Shown piece after piece: positions 35,741 through 51,600 of a DNA stretch of 64,000 nt. How positions within the stretch are numbered: position 1 is the first letter of the stretch; each line of letters starts with the position of its first letter. The notes below the pieces were generated by a model. The model saw only the letters and a list, made by a program, of their open reading frames with translations. It was not told the origin of the DNA and searched no databases. Both the position numbers and the translations under genes were made by a program. This DNA comes from Chrysomallon squamiferum (Eukaryota > Animalia > Mollusca), in assembly GCA_012295275.1 (NCBI GenBank), contig CM022674.1:12152001-12216000 (forward strand), given 5' to 3'.

Positions 35741-38700
35741 CTTCATGTAAGATTGCATGTGTTAATGTATTTTGATTGAACTGTTTTCTTTTTGAGCACA
35801 TACCTGCTAGGAATTAAAAATTATTTTCTTTCGTGTAAACCTGTTCAGTAATTTTCAACGTGCTGCTGATGCTAAAGAAAACAATGACGAATGAAGTTGC
35901 TTCAACCTTATATGTTATATACGCATACATATATCTTCGTACGCACTTACGTCTTTATCAAACTATTAACGAGTCTAAGTTTGTTTTGTATGTATTGTTC
36001 TAACTATAAAAATATATAGTGATGTATTTTGTTACCGTGCATGTGTATGTATATATGTATGTATGTATGTAAGTATGTCTTTATCTATCTTGGTATTTAA
36101 GAAAATAATATATATATAGTTATGCATGTATCTTTTATATAAGTGTACATGCATTTGTTTATGTCTATATTGTTTATGCTAGGTATGAATCTATCTTTTT
36201 TCTCTCATACTTGTAATTTTTATAGAAATTCTAAGATCAGTTTAGTATCAAACTGTTTTCGAGCTGCTGGTGAGACTATAGAAAAAAACGAAGAATGCAA
36301 ACGTTTTGTCGGAGATAAAATCAAGAAAGATATCGAAAATAAATTATCTGAATATAAATTGGCATGCTTTGGTGGTAAGTAAATAATTGTGACAATTTAT
36401 TACATAAATAAACATTAACATTAATGTAGATCGTTGAGATCAAGTTAAATGATTACAAAACTGTGCAATATTTGAACCTGTTTATTATTTTGTATTTCGC
36501 TTCGAGGTCACAAACAAAAAAAATAATTATTATTTACTTTTGATTAGATTCGAAGCTATAAAAACAATTTTGCTTTTTTCCCAAACGGGACGATAAGGAG
36601 TATAAAATAAATTTATTTATGCGAATGCACAGCTGTCGTATTTAGCAAATGATTTTGTCATCAAACATATTTTTACGCATTTCGAGTCACTCGTTCATTA
36701 GTTTCGATCTATGTTCCTTTGAAATCCATTTTGTAGCGTTTTTTTATCTATTTTGAATTAATGACTTTGTTTCCACCTTTTTTCTTTTTCTTCTTTTTAA
36801 CTTCTTGTCTTCGTTAGTAAAACATTTTTCATTCAGCGTTAATAAAATATAATGTCTGTTTTTCTTTCTTATTTTCTTCAAAGTTTATGGTGAATGGACT
36901 GATTGGACAGAACAACGTGGTAAGTGTAATAATACATGTGGAATTGGTACAGCTTTTGTATCAACAACTCGAACATGTAAGATACTTCCAAAGACGAGAA
37001 GAACACTAAAACTGTGCGTGGGAAATTCAAACGAAACAAAAGACATGAATCCTGTAACACAGAAACAGAATCTTGTAAACGTAAGTAATAATCAAAGATT
37101 AGTTAGCTACATACCATAGAAAGTAGAATAAAGCAGAGTAAACGTATCTATGTCAAATAAGGAGGAATAACATGTAAAATAAATTTTGTTATTGAAAGAA
37201 ACAGTTAAATACAACATTCAGATATGCCGGTAGTGTAGGTAGCCTATTCAAGTCGCTTTGTTATATAAACATGAAAAAAGCAGAGTAAAGATATTGTGTA
37301 AAGAGGAAGAACATTGCATCGTTATTTGAAAGTTAATTCCAGAGATTAACATACGATCTTTACGATAACAGAAACAAACGTAGCATTATTATCCAAACAA
37401 CAACTCATATTAAATTATACAACAATTGTGTAAGCAACATCCAATTATAATCGTAAAATTATTATGTTTCAGTTAAAATTATATCGTGCTATGCACTGTA
37501 CGCTTCAAACGTAGCTAAATGTAATAATCTTACTGGCCACACCAACGAATCGATGGACTTTATGCTATCTCGTGGACAAACAGGGTCTATTCCTAAAGAA
37601 GAATCTGTTTTAACGTTCAGAGAAAAGTACTGCACGTAAGTATATTTCTGCATTCTTCCACCTTTCGTATACGAGGTGTTCATTCAGTTTTAAAGACTCA
37701 TCGAGTAATTATTTCCGTACATTCAAATAGATTAGAACCATTCAAAAGATCCTAGAATATTTGAATATCCCCTTCTAGCAACAAACCTACGAAAGGTGTC
37801 TTTATACAGGAGTCAGCATCGGAAGAACGTGGACCCTCCAGATAGAAAGCACGAATGGCTAAACTTGTAAATAAAAGATCTCAGCAGTTTACTGCACTGT
37901 GTTCTCGTTTCGTTCTTTCTCCATGTTGATATCTACGAAAATACGTACATAATTATATACCTAAATTTTTATATAACCGTGTTGTCTATTTCTCTCTCAC
38001 ATGTCCAAACTTGTATTGTCATTTTGTAGAAAAGCGAAGATCAATTTATCTTCAAACTGTTTTCGACATGCTGGTATGGCTATAGAAAATAATGACGAAT
38101 GTAAACATTTTATCGGAGATAAAATCAAGAAAGACGTCGAAAATAAAATATCTGAATATAAATTGGTATGCTTTGCTGGTAAGTAAATAACTAACTATTT
38201 ATTACATTAATTAAATATTAAATTTTAAATAGTTCATTGAGATGAAGTTATACGACAGCTAATGTTATTTACCTATTGATTTTAGTTGATTAGACATAAC
38301 AAAACCTAATTAACAGCCAACTAATATAAAATAATCACATAGTAGCTAAAGACAAGAATCGAACGATATTTTTCCACAATATCGGAATTAGGGATATGCA
38401 AACTAAAATCTACCGAAATTAATTCCTAAAAGAATTCCTTCGAAATCGTAATACTACCTCATTCGAAATTTCGAAATTTCTAATTTTCGTGTATTTTCAA
38501 ACATGAGTTGCCAATAATAAACTGTTCAGCATCAGCATATCAGCGATTAGTGCTAATCAGTGTGATCGAAACGAACATGATAAATGTGTTTACATTCTAG
38601 GACAAAGTCGAATAGAAATGGCTTAGAACCAGCACAGTTCCACAATGTAGAAAAAGTGCAATATTTGAAGCTTGTTTCCTGTTTCGCTTCGAACTCTTAA

Positions 38701-41700
38701 AATAAATTCTAACTGGAACCATAAGGAGCATACAGTAACATTATTTATGTACCTATTTGGCTTTTGGATATTCGTGAACATTTTAAATTCAAGATTTTTA
38801 TGGGACTATTTATACTTTCCTTTTAGCAAATAAAATTAATCGATTCAGGCACAGGATTGAAACTTTTTACAGTAAAACACTGGAGTTTCACTATATTGCC
38901 TTGACTTCATCAGTAAAGAATACAGTTTCTGCTCAGCTTGAAAATTTGTTTTCATTGTTATTATTATTCTTTTCTGCCTTCTTCTTAATATTTTATTTTT
39001 CTTCAAAGTTTATGGTGAATGGACTGAATGGACAAAACACCATGGTAAGTGTAATAACACATGTGGTGTTGGCACTGCTGTTGCATCGACAACTCGAACA
39101 TGTAAGAAACTTCCACAGACAGGCAGATTACTAAAGCTATGCTTGGGACATTCAAAGGAAACAGAATATGAATCCTGCAACACAGAAACAGGTTCTTGTA
39201 AATGTAAGTAATAATTGGCGAAGATTAGTTAGTCACATACCACACAGAGTAGTATAAAACATGAGAAAATGTAAAAAAGAATAGCATGTAGAAAACGTTT
39301 CACTATTAAAAGAAAGAGTAAAAATGCAAAGGTCACAACAGAAAGTAGAATAGAAAACAGTAATACGTATTCACATCACTATATTATATAGACAGTAATA
39401 TGGCAGAGTAAATGTATTATATAAAGAGGAATAACACTCATTGGTATTTGTAACCTAATTATGCATATTAAAATGCCGTCTTTATGGTAACAGGAATAAG
39501 ATAAGGCAGCCATAAAGTTATCATATACAAACAATAATACTCAGTAAGCCAGTCATACCTCTGTAAACAACAACCAGTGGTAATCGTATCTTTACTCTGT
39601 TTCAGTTAAAACTAATTTGTGCAATGCAATGTACGTTTCGAAATTAACCAAATGTATTAACGATGCTGGCCACACCAAAAGGACAATTGACTTTATGGTA
39701 TCTCGTGGCCAAGCAGGCTCTATTCCGGAAGGAGAATCTATTTTAACTTTCAGAAAGAAGTTCTGTACGTAAGTATATTCTCGGGAACTACAGCTACCGC
39801 GTGTGTATATCTGTGCTTTCTATTTATCTATCTTTCTATTTATCTATCTTTCTATTTATCTATCTATCTATCTATATGTATGTATGTATGTATGTATTTG
39901 TCTGTATGTGCATATGTCTGTACTTATGCATCTACGGAGGCACGAACTACTATAATATGAATATTTCTATCTATGATTGCACGAACGTCTTTATGAACCT
40001 ATTAATATATGTGTGTCGACATATCTGCATGTGCAAGTATGTATGTGCTTAGTAATATATTTATTTTGGTGCATGGATGTGTATCTCTCTATATGTGTGT
40101 ATCAGTGTATGTCTGTGTATACCTTTGTCTATATGTTGATATCTTAGTAAATATTTATATATAATTGAGCATTATAAACAGAGCAAGTTTTATTATTGTT
40201 ACTCTTTTTAAAATTTTGTTTTTGAGCTAATTCTGGGGAATGTAACTAAGGAGGAAAGTAGTAGTCGACCTTAAACAAGAGCAGACGACATGCTGGTATT
40301 ATTCTTCAGTGGGGACTGCCTTATTCACAGAAAATAGTTACATTAAAATATTACAATAATGTTATACTAAATAACTCATTTTATCTAGAATAACAGTAGC
40401 AAGCACGATGTCTGACAAAGACGTTTTTTACAACAGCTTGCTGTGATTGGCACGTTACTGTTTTTCTGACTGACTGATGGTGCTATTATTCTAGATAACG
40501 TGTCCAAGTTATGTAATGTAAGATTGTTTATAATGTTTATATGATGTGCAGTTCTATCAATTAATATGTGTAAACAATATCGAATACCAAACGATAGGCA
40601 CATTGCAATATGCAAATACACACTATTACTTACATGTTCCAGCACGAATAATATGCTACTGTTATTCTAGATAAAACGAGTTATTTAGTGTAACATTATT
40701 GTATTATTTTAATGTAACTATTTTCTGGGTATAAAGGCAGTCCCCACTGAAGAATAATACCAGGATGTCGTCTGCCTAGTTACATTCCCCAGAATTAGCT
40801 CAAAAACAAAAATAAAAAAAGTAACAGTAATAAAACTTTCTCTGTTTATAATGCAGAAGTATATATAAATATTTACTAAGATACCAACACAGAGACAAAG
40901 GTATACACAGACATACACATACACACTTGCATTAGCAGATATGTACACATACATATATTAATAGGTTTATAAAGGTCGTCAATCAACAAAATCAAACAAT
41001 TTACAATCCGATCTATCGAAAATACAGTAATCAATGTTAATATGCAATAAACATGCCAGAAGCTTCATAAACTATTTCGCAGCAAAGGAATTGCAATAGT
41101 TAAACTATTTAACCAACAAATATCTACTTAGATGTTTATGTAACCGATAAACATCAGCTTTAATAAAAACAAATGGAGACAGACAGCCGCATTGATGAAT
41201 AATTCAAGGATGTCGTTTGTCCTTTGTGTCTGTCGCAGACTGTAGTAGCTCAGTGGTTGCTAGAATCTGTACGTAATAATCTGCTCGCCATTAAGGTATG
41301 CATTTATTTGCATATTGTAAAGTACTTGTCGTTTTCTGTTTGACATTGTTTACACAGGTAATATTAAGTATTTGGTTCATATACTAAATTATAGCACTGC
41401 ACAATAATCAATATTCACATACATTATAAACCAATCTTAAACTAAATAACTCAGACACATAATCTAGAACAACATTAATAAATCATAAGTCCAGTCTCCC
41501 TAAATACTGCATTGTCATATATTAAATGCTGACATCATATACATAGTTGTTTCGTTATTATTTGTATTTTATAACTGTTGTTCATCCTTCATGTTTCTTA
41601 CAAGAATATGTGGTTTTAAATAAATATTAGATTAATTAAGCAGTCTAATATTAGAAAATATCGAAACAAACACATACTCAAATGAAATAAAAGTAGTTAA

Positions 41701-44700
41701 ATGGCATACCTAAGACAAGAACAAACGACTGTCTGGAATTATTCAATGCCAACTATCTGCTCATCTGGTCGCTTTCTATTTTTATTAAAGCTGATGTCTA
41801 TCGGTTACATAAACATCTAAGTAGATATTTGTTGGTTAAATAGTTTAACTGTTGCTATTCCTTTGCTGCGAAATAGTTTATGAAGCTTCTGGCATGTTTA
41901 TTGCATTTTAACATTGATTGCTGTGTTTTCGATAGATCGGATTGTAAATTGTTTGAATTTTACTGATTGAGACCTTGGCAGGTTTTAACCCATGTTTGAT
42001 TTTATCTGAAGCAAGGTTTGTTGTTTAAAGTGTAATTAGTGTCGATCATGCTTGAGGGTTTTATTACGTTTCTTGTTTAACTTAATATATTAAATTTGCC
42101 ATTATTACAATATATACATTTTTGTGTCAAAGTGCGTGTGTTAATTTATTTAAGTTTCTTGTCTTGCTCTGAATATATACATGATGTAAAGTAACTAAAC
42201 TAATATTGTAATTTTTGTAGAAAAGATAAAATCAGTTTGATATCAAGCTGTTTTCGACATGCTGGTGAGTCTTCAGAAAATAATGACGAGTGTGAATCGC
42301 TTGTCGGAGATAAACTCAAGAAAGATGTCAAAATAAATCAGCTGAATATAAACTGGCATGCGTTGCTGGTACGTAAATAACTTCAATCATGTATTATGTA
42401 AATATATTTTAAAACTAAAATTTCTTGTTCAGATGTAAATATATAATCATAAATGTTACCTGGTTTTGTACTTAGTTGATAAGAACGCAGAAACTTAACA
42501 ATAGTAGGTAAATGAGAGATAATCACATAGTACATGAAGCAAAGATGATTAGAACAGAGTAGAACTGAACTGTCTTAGATCTCGGATGTTCACACAATAT
42601 AGGGATGAAGGGTGTGTGAAAATTGCAGCAAACGAACCGAATTCCAAAGAAAACTCTTTTCGAATTCGTTGGGAAGATGTAATACACTCTGAAGTTTCGA
42701 CTTTTCACATATCTACCAGCGTTTTTGTTTTATTATTTTTTTATTTCATGAGATCTCCGGATACAAAATTTATCTCATTAGCATCAGCCATCAGTGATCG
42801 GATACGATTCAACGTGGTCGACATGCAAGTGGTAACTTTATATTTCTTCCCGACCATGTGTTTTCTTTTTCACGCCATTAAAGTTTTATGCTAGTGATGC
42901 GAAGCGCCATATTTAGCGTACAGTTTAGACTTTAACAAATAGTATTTGTAACGAAAAAATTTAATATTTCGTGTTTGGCTTCGAACTCGCAAAAATAAAT
43001 TCTATTCATGCAAATCTCAAAGGGATGATGAAGAGCATGCAGTGACGTTCTTTGAGTACCTGTACGGCTGCTGTATATACATGAATATCTAAATTCAAGA
43101 TTTGGATGAGACGATTCATATTTTCATATTTTCTTGATCAGTCCTAATTTCACCATTCATTAAGCAACCCAGTTAACCTTTATGAAAAAATTATTATGAG
43201 AAAAATAAAATAAATATTTATGGAATATCATCTCTGATGGAGAATTTTGTTTCTATACTCATCATTTTAACAAATGATCAATTTTTTATATTTTTCAAAG
43301 TTGATGGTGAATGTAGTTGTCAGATGTTGCGAGTTCTCCCATGATGTCTGATAGCATGATTACTCAGTGATTAGTACTAGTCAGCGTGTCACTGTAGGGA
43401 AACAAACATGATAACTCTGTTTACATTTGTAATCCACCATGTGTTTCCTTCTTCGCAGCATTTAAAGTTTCATTCTTTTTTCTGACAGTTTATGGTGAAT
43501 GGACTGAATGGACAGAACGTCGTGGTGAGTGTAATAACACGTGTGGTCTTGGGACCTGTCTTGTATCGAAAACTCGGACGTGTAAGAAACTTCCACAGAC
43601 GGGAAGACAACTAAAACTATGCATGGGAAATTCAAACGAAACAAGACATGAATCCTGTAATACAGAAACAGAATCTTGTAAACGTAAGTAATAATATTTG
43701 AAGATTAGTTAGCCACATACCACACAGAGTAGTATAAAGCTGAGAAAATGTAAAACGGAATAACATGTAGAAAACGTTTCACTAATAAAAGAAAGAGTAA
43801 AAATCCCACGGTCACAACAGAAAGTAGAATAAAGGAGAATAAATGAGAATAAATGTACCCACATCACATGACAAGGAATAACATGTAGAAAAATAGTGTA
43901 GAAAGCAGTAATACCCATTCACATCACTATATTATGTAGACAATAATATGGCAGAGTGAATGTATTATATAAAGAGGAATAATACGTAGTAAACGTTACA
44001 TAGTTATTTGAAAGTTAATTCCACACATTAACGTAGCAATGAATAGCGGAATGTAGACTTTCCATTATTATAGAAACATTATTAACATACAGTAAACCTA
44101 CTGTAACTGTGTAAACAACATGTAATTGCAATCGTACCTTTATTATGTTTCAGTCAAAATGATGTCGTGCAATGCAATGTACGCTTCGAACTTAGATAAA
44201 TGTATTACTAGTATTGGCCAAACGAAAGAATCGATGGACTTTATGCTCTCTCGTGGACAAACAGGGTCTATTCCGATAGAAGAATCTGTTCTAACTTTCA
44301 GAAAAAGATATTGCACGTAAGTTTATGTTCGCATACTTTAACCAGTATGTGTATGTATCTCTGGTTCTAAACCTGTTCTATCTACCTATCTATCTATATA
44401 AACATATGCATATCTCTGGGTATGCATTTGTGCCAGTACGTAATGTTATCTCTATGTGTACCCGTATGTATGTATGTATGTATGTATGTATGTATGTATG
44501 TATGTATGTGTGTATGTATGTATGTATGTATGTATGTATGTATGTGTGTGTGTGTGTGTATGTATGTGTGTATGTATGTATGTATGTATGTGTGTATGTA
44601 TGTGTGTATGTGTGTATGTATGTATGTATGTGTGTATGTGTGCGTGTGTATGTATGTATGTATGTATGTATGTATGTGTGTGTGTATGTGTGCGTGTGTA

Positions 44701-45639
44701 TGTATGTATGTATGCATGTTATTTCACAAATATCACTATATCAATTATAACAACTATGCATATATCTTTATATATTCATGTAAGTATGTAAGCACATAGT
44801 TCTGTATTTAATTGGGTACGTTTGTTTGTGTTTATGTTATGCATTGTTGTATATAGGTTTATACATAAGTTATGTTTCGACTTATGACTATTTAGACGTA
44901 TGTAATCAAACATGTATGTATTATGTATGTATCTATGCTCGTATCTACGTAGATGTGTACGTGCTCGTGTATTATCTTTAAGAATACGTTTCCTAATGTT
45001 AATCTATTTATATTTTTCCTTCTTGCGTGTCCAAACTTTTTTTGTAATTTAATGGGGGGATTGTTTTTTTGTGGTTGTTGTTGTTGTTTTTGTTGTTTGT
45101 TTTGTTTTGTAGAAAAGCTAAGATTAATTTATCATCAAACTGTTTTCGGCGTGCTGCTGATGTTATAGAAAATAATGAGGAATGCAAACGTTTCGCTGAG
45201 AAGAAAATTAAGAAAGATATCGAAAGAAAATTATCTGAATATAAATTGGCATGCTTAGCTAGTAAGTACATAACTGTAATAATGTATTACAATAAATAAA
45301 ATTAAAATTAAAAATAGTTTATTGAGATGAAGTTCTTCTATCACAGTGTTTCTAACCTACTGATTTTGTACTTAGTTAACATATTTCCATTCGAACTTGC
45401 AGACTAAATTCTATTTACTTTTGCTTCGTTTTCAAACATTAAAGATTTATTCCGTGCATCCCTAAACGGGACGTCGAGGACCGAGCAATAACTTTCTTTA
45501 TGCGAAACTGTATATCTTGAATGGAACTATATTTACATATTTCGACTGATTCGTTCTATGTTCCCTTCAAATCAACCTAGTAGCTCTTTTTTATATTTTC
45601 TGTTAATTATTTTATTTCCTTTTTCTCTTCATTTTGTTT

Positions 45640-45674
<35 letters not shown>

Positions 45675-48600
45675 TTTTGACAGATCCTGTCTGTTACCAT
45701 GCATTCGCTTAGCTGCAAGTTCACCATAACCGCTTTTACCAAAAACTAATTAAATATTTTCGAAATGTCATCTCTGGCTGGCCATTAGATCGTCACTTTT
45801 GCAAATTATCCATTATTGGTTCTCTTTCGATTGATTTCATAGATAACGAATGCAATTTCCTTTCAACTTTTAGGGGAAAAAAACGTTTGTTTTCATTCTT
45901 TTTTCTTCTTAGTTTATGGAGAATGGACTGAATGGACAGAACAACGTGGTGAGTGTAATAACACGTGTGGTGTTGGCACGGCTGTTGTATCGACAACTCG
46001 AACATGTAAAAACTTCCACAGACAGGAAATAAATTAAAATTGTGCGTGGGAAATTCAAACGAAACAAAATATGAATACTGCAACACAGAAACAGAATATT
46101 GTAAACGTAAGTAATAATTAGCAAAGATTAGTTAGCGATGAACCACACAAGTTAGAATAAAGCAGAGTAAATGTACCTACATCACATACAAAAGAATAAC
46201 ATGTAGAAAAACGTTTCACTATTAAAGGAAACAGTAAAAATACGACTGTCACACATGCTGATTCTGTAGGATGCAATAATACCTATTCACGTAGCTATAT
46301 TATATAGAGAGTAACAAGGCAAAGTAATTGTTTTATATAAAGTAGCTTCATTATGTTAACAGAAATAACGGAATGTAGATGTTGCGTTAGTATAGAAACA
46401 TTATTAACACACAATAAAGCTACTATAAACTGTGTAAACAACAACCAATTGTAAACGTACAATTATTGTGTTTCAGTAAAAACTGAGTTGTGCAATGCAA
46501 TGTACGCTTCGAACTTAGACAAATGTATTAATAGTACTGGTCACACCAAAGAATCAATCGACTTTATGCTATCGCGTGGCCAAGCAGGCTCTATTCCTCA
46601 CACAGAATCTATTGTGACTTTGAGAAAGATGTACTGCACGTAAGCATATTGTCGGGTACTTCCACCTACGTTTGTGTGTATGTGTGTATGTGTGTTTCTA
46701 AATACGCACTGGTCAATACGTGAGGCATTCGTGCGTCTCTGTGTATGTATGTATATTTGTACGTAGTTCAGACTGGATGTATGTGTGTATATCACAATAT
46801 ATGTATCTACATGAACAACATGGTTACATATCTATGTACGCATATATGTATATCTATGTATCTACTTACACAGTATGTCTTTGTTAGTTTATTAATGTAT
46901 ATGTACGCATTGATGTATGTATGTATTCATTTGTGTATGTTGTTATCTTGATAAAGATGTGTATTCATAAATATGTGTATTTTTTATTTCGTGTCCAAAC
47001 CTATAATTTTGGTAGAAAAGCTATGATCAATTTATCATCAAACTGCATTAGACGTGCTGGTGAAGTTATAGAAAATGATGACGAATGTAAACGTTTTATC
47101 GGAGATAAAATCAAGAAGGATGTCGAAAATAAGTTATCTGAATATAAATTGGCATGCTTTGCTGGTAAGTATATAACTGTTACAATTTATTATAAAAATA
47201 CATATTAAAATTAAGATAGCTCATTGAGACGAAATTAAACGATCACAAATGTTATTTACTCATTGTTTTTGTAATTAGTTTATAAGACCTAACAAACGAT
47301 AAAAGATAATCATATAGTAACTGAAGAATGGATGATTAAAACAGAGCAGAATTGAACTGTCTTAAAATTCGGGGTGTTTACACAATATCGGGATTAGGAA
47401 TGTTATTTTCAAACATGAGTTGCCTGTAACCATCTTGTTAGCATCAGCACATCAATGGTCAGTGTTAATCACTGTGGTTGAAACGAACACGGTAACTTTG
47501 TGTACATTTGTCTCTGACAATGTCTTTAGTTTTTCGTGTGATTTACAGTTTTATGCTAGTGCTGCTACTATTCACTTAGCTAGTCCTATTACCAACAATT
47601 CTTCATACAGGAAAATAAAATAAAGATGTTACCAGTGTCCTTACCACTTACCATTTTTACAGTATTAGGATTTTTGATTTCGTTACTAATGAATGCATGT
47701 TGTATTCAACGGTTAAAAAAAAAATGTGTTTCAGTTATTTATCTTTTCTTTTTCTTCAAAGTTTATGGTGAATGGTCTGAATGGACACAACAACGTGGTG
47801 AGTGTAATAACACGTGTGGCGTTGGCATCGCTGTTGTATCGACAACTCGAACATGCGAGATACTTCCACAGACGGGAAGAAAACTAAAGCTGTGTGTTGG
47901 AAATTCAAACGAAACAAAATATGAATCCTGTAACACAGAAACAGAAGTCTGTAAACGTAAGTAACAAACAGCAACGACTAACCACACACCACAAAAGAGT
48001 AGAATAAAGAAGGTACATGTACCTACATCACATAAAGAGAAAAGATTCGTTTATTGAAAGAAACAGTAAAAATACGATGGTAACACGTGCTGAGTGTGTA
48101 GGACGCAGTGATGCCTAATCATATCACAATATTATATAAAGAAGAATAACATGCAGTAAGCATTCAGTTAGTATCTGCAACCACTGAATAAAGTGCCATT
48201 TTTATATTAACAGAAAACGGAATGCAAACGTTGCGTTTTTTATACAAACACCAAGGAATAATAAACTTACTATAAATGTGTATCAACAGCCAATTCCAAT
48301 CGTACGTTATTCTGTTTCAGTTAAAACACAGCTCTGTAATGCACTGTACCTTTCGAGCGTAGCTAAATGTATTAATAGTACTGGACACACCAACGAAACA
48401 ATTACCTTTTTGCTATCTCGTGGACAGGCAGGGTCTATTCCTAAAGAAGAATCTGTTCTAACATTCAGAACAAAGTACTGCACGTAAGTATATGTCTGGG
48501 TGTTTTAATCCAGGTGCGTATACATCTGTGTTGTTTTTGTTTTTTACATGCCGTTAAGTATGTCTAATATTCAGCTCCTAAAACAACTTTTAAAAGATGT

Positions 48601-51600
48601 TGTATAACTCATGCTTCCTACGAAGCACGGCGCTTTTTGTCTTTCGTCATTTTTGCATGCATTTATTTTTGTGGGAAACCTAGCACTGGTATTCTTGTAT
48701 GTGTATATATGTATTTATGTATGTTTGCAAGGATGTGTGTATGTGCGTGCGTGCGTGTATGCATATATGTATGCATGCAAGTATCTAAAAATATCTGTAT
48801 TAATGTTTATTGGTATTTATATAAATATATACATACTTATGTATGTATCTTTTTATATAAGTGTTTGTATTAATGCATAAGTCCTTGTTCTGAGTGTATG
48901 CTACTCGTTCACACTTGTTTTATTTTTACTTTTTGGTGTTTTTTTTTTTTTATTTTTTTTTTTTTTTTATTTATTATTTTTTTTTTTTTGTAGAAAAGCG
49001 AAGGTCAGTTCAATATCTAGCTGTTTTGGACATGCTCTTGATACTTTAGACAATACCAAACACTGTAATGTTTACGTCGGAGATAAACTCGAGAAAGATG
49101 TCGAAAATAAGTTATCTGAATATAAACTGGCATGCTTTGCTGGTAAGTAAATAAGTGTAACACTTTCTTGTGTAAATGAATATTAAAATTACAATAGTTC
49201 GCTGAGATGAAAACATTCGATCACAAAAGTTTCTTACCTGTAGATTACTTAGTTGAAAAGACCTGATAGTATATATGTTAAACATTTCGTGACTAGTTCA
49301 CTAGGTTAGCTTTTTCTTTGTTTGTATTACAAGTTTTATTAATGGTTTTATTTCAGTTTTCTCTTCATCTGTCCTTGCTTTCACAGTCCAGCAACAGTTT
49401 CTATCAAAATTCTTCATGACACAAACTGAAATAAATATTTCCGCAATGGCCTCTCTGGCTGGCTGTTAGATCATTCTAATTCTGCGTTTTACGCTCACCG
49501 ATTTTGCCGCTTTTCGGGTTTCTTTCGTTCTTGTTTTCATTTTTATTATATATCTCTCTCTGCATGTTGTATTCAATGTTTCAAAAAAACATGTTTTCAA
49601 TTCTTCATTTCGTTTTGTGTTTTTTTCTTTCAAAGTATATGGTGAATGGACCGAATGGACAGAACAACGTGGTGAGTGTAATAACACGTGTGGCGTTGGC
49701 ACCGCTGTTGTATCGACAACTCGAACCTGTAAGAAACTTCCACAGACGGGAAGAACACTAAAACTATGCGTGGGAAATTCAAACGAAACAAGACATGAAT
49801 CCTGTAACACAGAAACAGAATCTTGTAAACGTAAGTAATAATTAGCAAAGATTAGTTAACCACAAACTACAGACAGTAGAATAAAGAAGATAAATGTATC
49901 TACATCAAATAAAAAGGAGTAAAATGTAGAAAAAATGTCTGTTATACATGATGATTATATCGGAATGAAGAATGCGTATTTACGTCAGAACATTATATAT
50001 ACAAGAATGAAGCAGATTGTATGCATTTAAATCAAATAAAGAAGAATAAGATGTAGACAAAATTTTTGTTGTAAAAAGAAACTGCAAAAATATATATGCT
50101 GATAGTTTAGGAAGTAATAATACCTATTCACGATATAATATTATACACACAAGAATAAGGCAAAGTAAAGATATTGTATAAATAAGCATAACACTCAGTA
50201 AAGATTCCATTGTCATTTGAAAGTTAATTCCACAGAATATGTTAACAGAAATAACGGATTGCAAACGTAGCAATAACACACAACAAACTACGTAACTTCG
50301 AACAAATACACTGACATGACTACGCAGCAGAAGAGGAATGACATAGAGTTAATTCCAGACTAAATTAACAACATCATTGTAACACGAATAACGGAATGCA
50401 AACGTACCATTAATATACAAACAATAACATACAAAAACCTACCATGACAACCAATTGTAATCGTATCATTATAAATTTCAGTTAAAATTGAATGGTGCAA
50501 TGCAATGTACGCTTCCAACGTTACCAACTGTATTAATAATCTTGGCCATACCAAAGAATCGATGGCCTTTATGCTATCTCGTGGGCAAGCAGGGTATATT
50601 CCGCAAGAACACTCTATTCTAACTTTCAGACAAAAATACTGCACGTAAGTCTATTTCTGGGTACTTCAACTAGCGTGTGTATGTATCTGTGCTTATAAGT
50701 ATTCAACTATCTATGCATGTACGTGCATGTAGGCGCGTGCTTTTGTCTGTATCTATATATTTTCGGAGAGATCTACCACTGCATACACGTCTATATACGT
50801 ATGTATCACTGAGGTATGTAGATATTTTTTATGTTTGTTGGAATCTACGTAAATTTGAACATACTTATGTATGTACATTTTTATATAAAACTGTGCATGT
50901 TAATATATTTCTGTCTGTGTTGTTGTTCTGAGCAACGTTTGGTATGAATAAATATATTGTTCTTACATAACCAAACCTGAGTTGTAATTTTTGTAGAAAA
51001 GCTAAGATCAATTTATCTTCAAACTGTTTTCGAGATGCTGGAGATTCCATAGAAAATGATGACGAATGTAAACGTTTTATCAGAGATAAAATCAAGAAAG
51101 ATGTCGAAAATAAATTATCTGAATATAAATTGGCATGCTTTGGTGGTAAGTAAATAACTTAATAATCTATTATGTAAAAAATATTAAAACTAAAATAGCT
51201 CGTTGAGATGAAGTCATAATATATTCGCTCGAAATTTCGAATATTCGAATAATTTCTGTTTCGTATTTCTTTTTCAAGTTTTTTTTGTTCTTCTTTCTTT
51301 CTTTTTTTTTTTTATTTTTATGTTAGGTTTATTTTATTTTTTCACACAATAATTCTGAGTACCAAAAATATCTCAGTAGCATCAATCGCTACGGCATTGC
51401 TGTTATTTTACTGAAACAAAAACTTATCATCATATATACATTTTACAAACTTCCAGTGATACTGGTAGTTTGTTTTTATGTATTTTCCGTTATTGATTCT
51501 CATTCAATCCATTCGACTCTATTACGGCTTTTACAAAAAACTGTTCACGAGAAAGTCTGAAATGTGTTATTTCGCAGTATCCTCTCCATCTGCCTCTTAG

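Noticed and set aside
44325-44799. MYVC/HTYI-repeat ORFs here and similar ones at 537-1281, 13660-14441, 24471-24861 and 61179-61550
   Set aside because: Translations of (TATG)n/(TG)n microsatellites.
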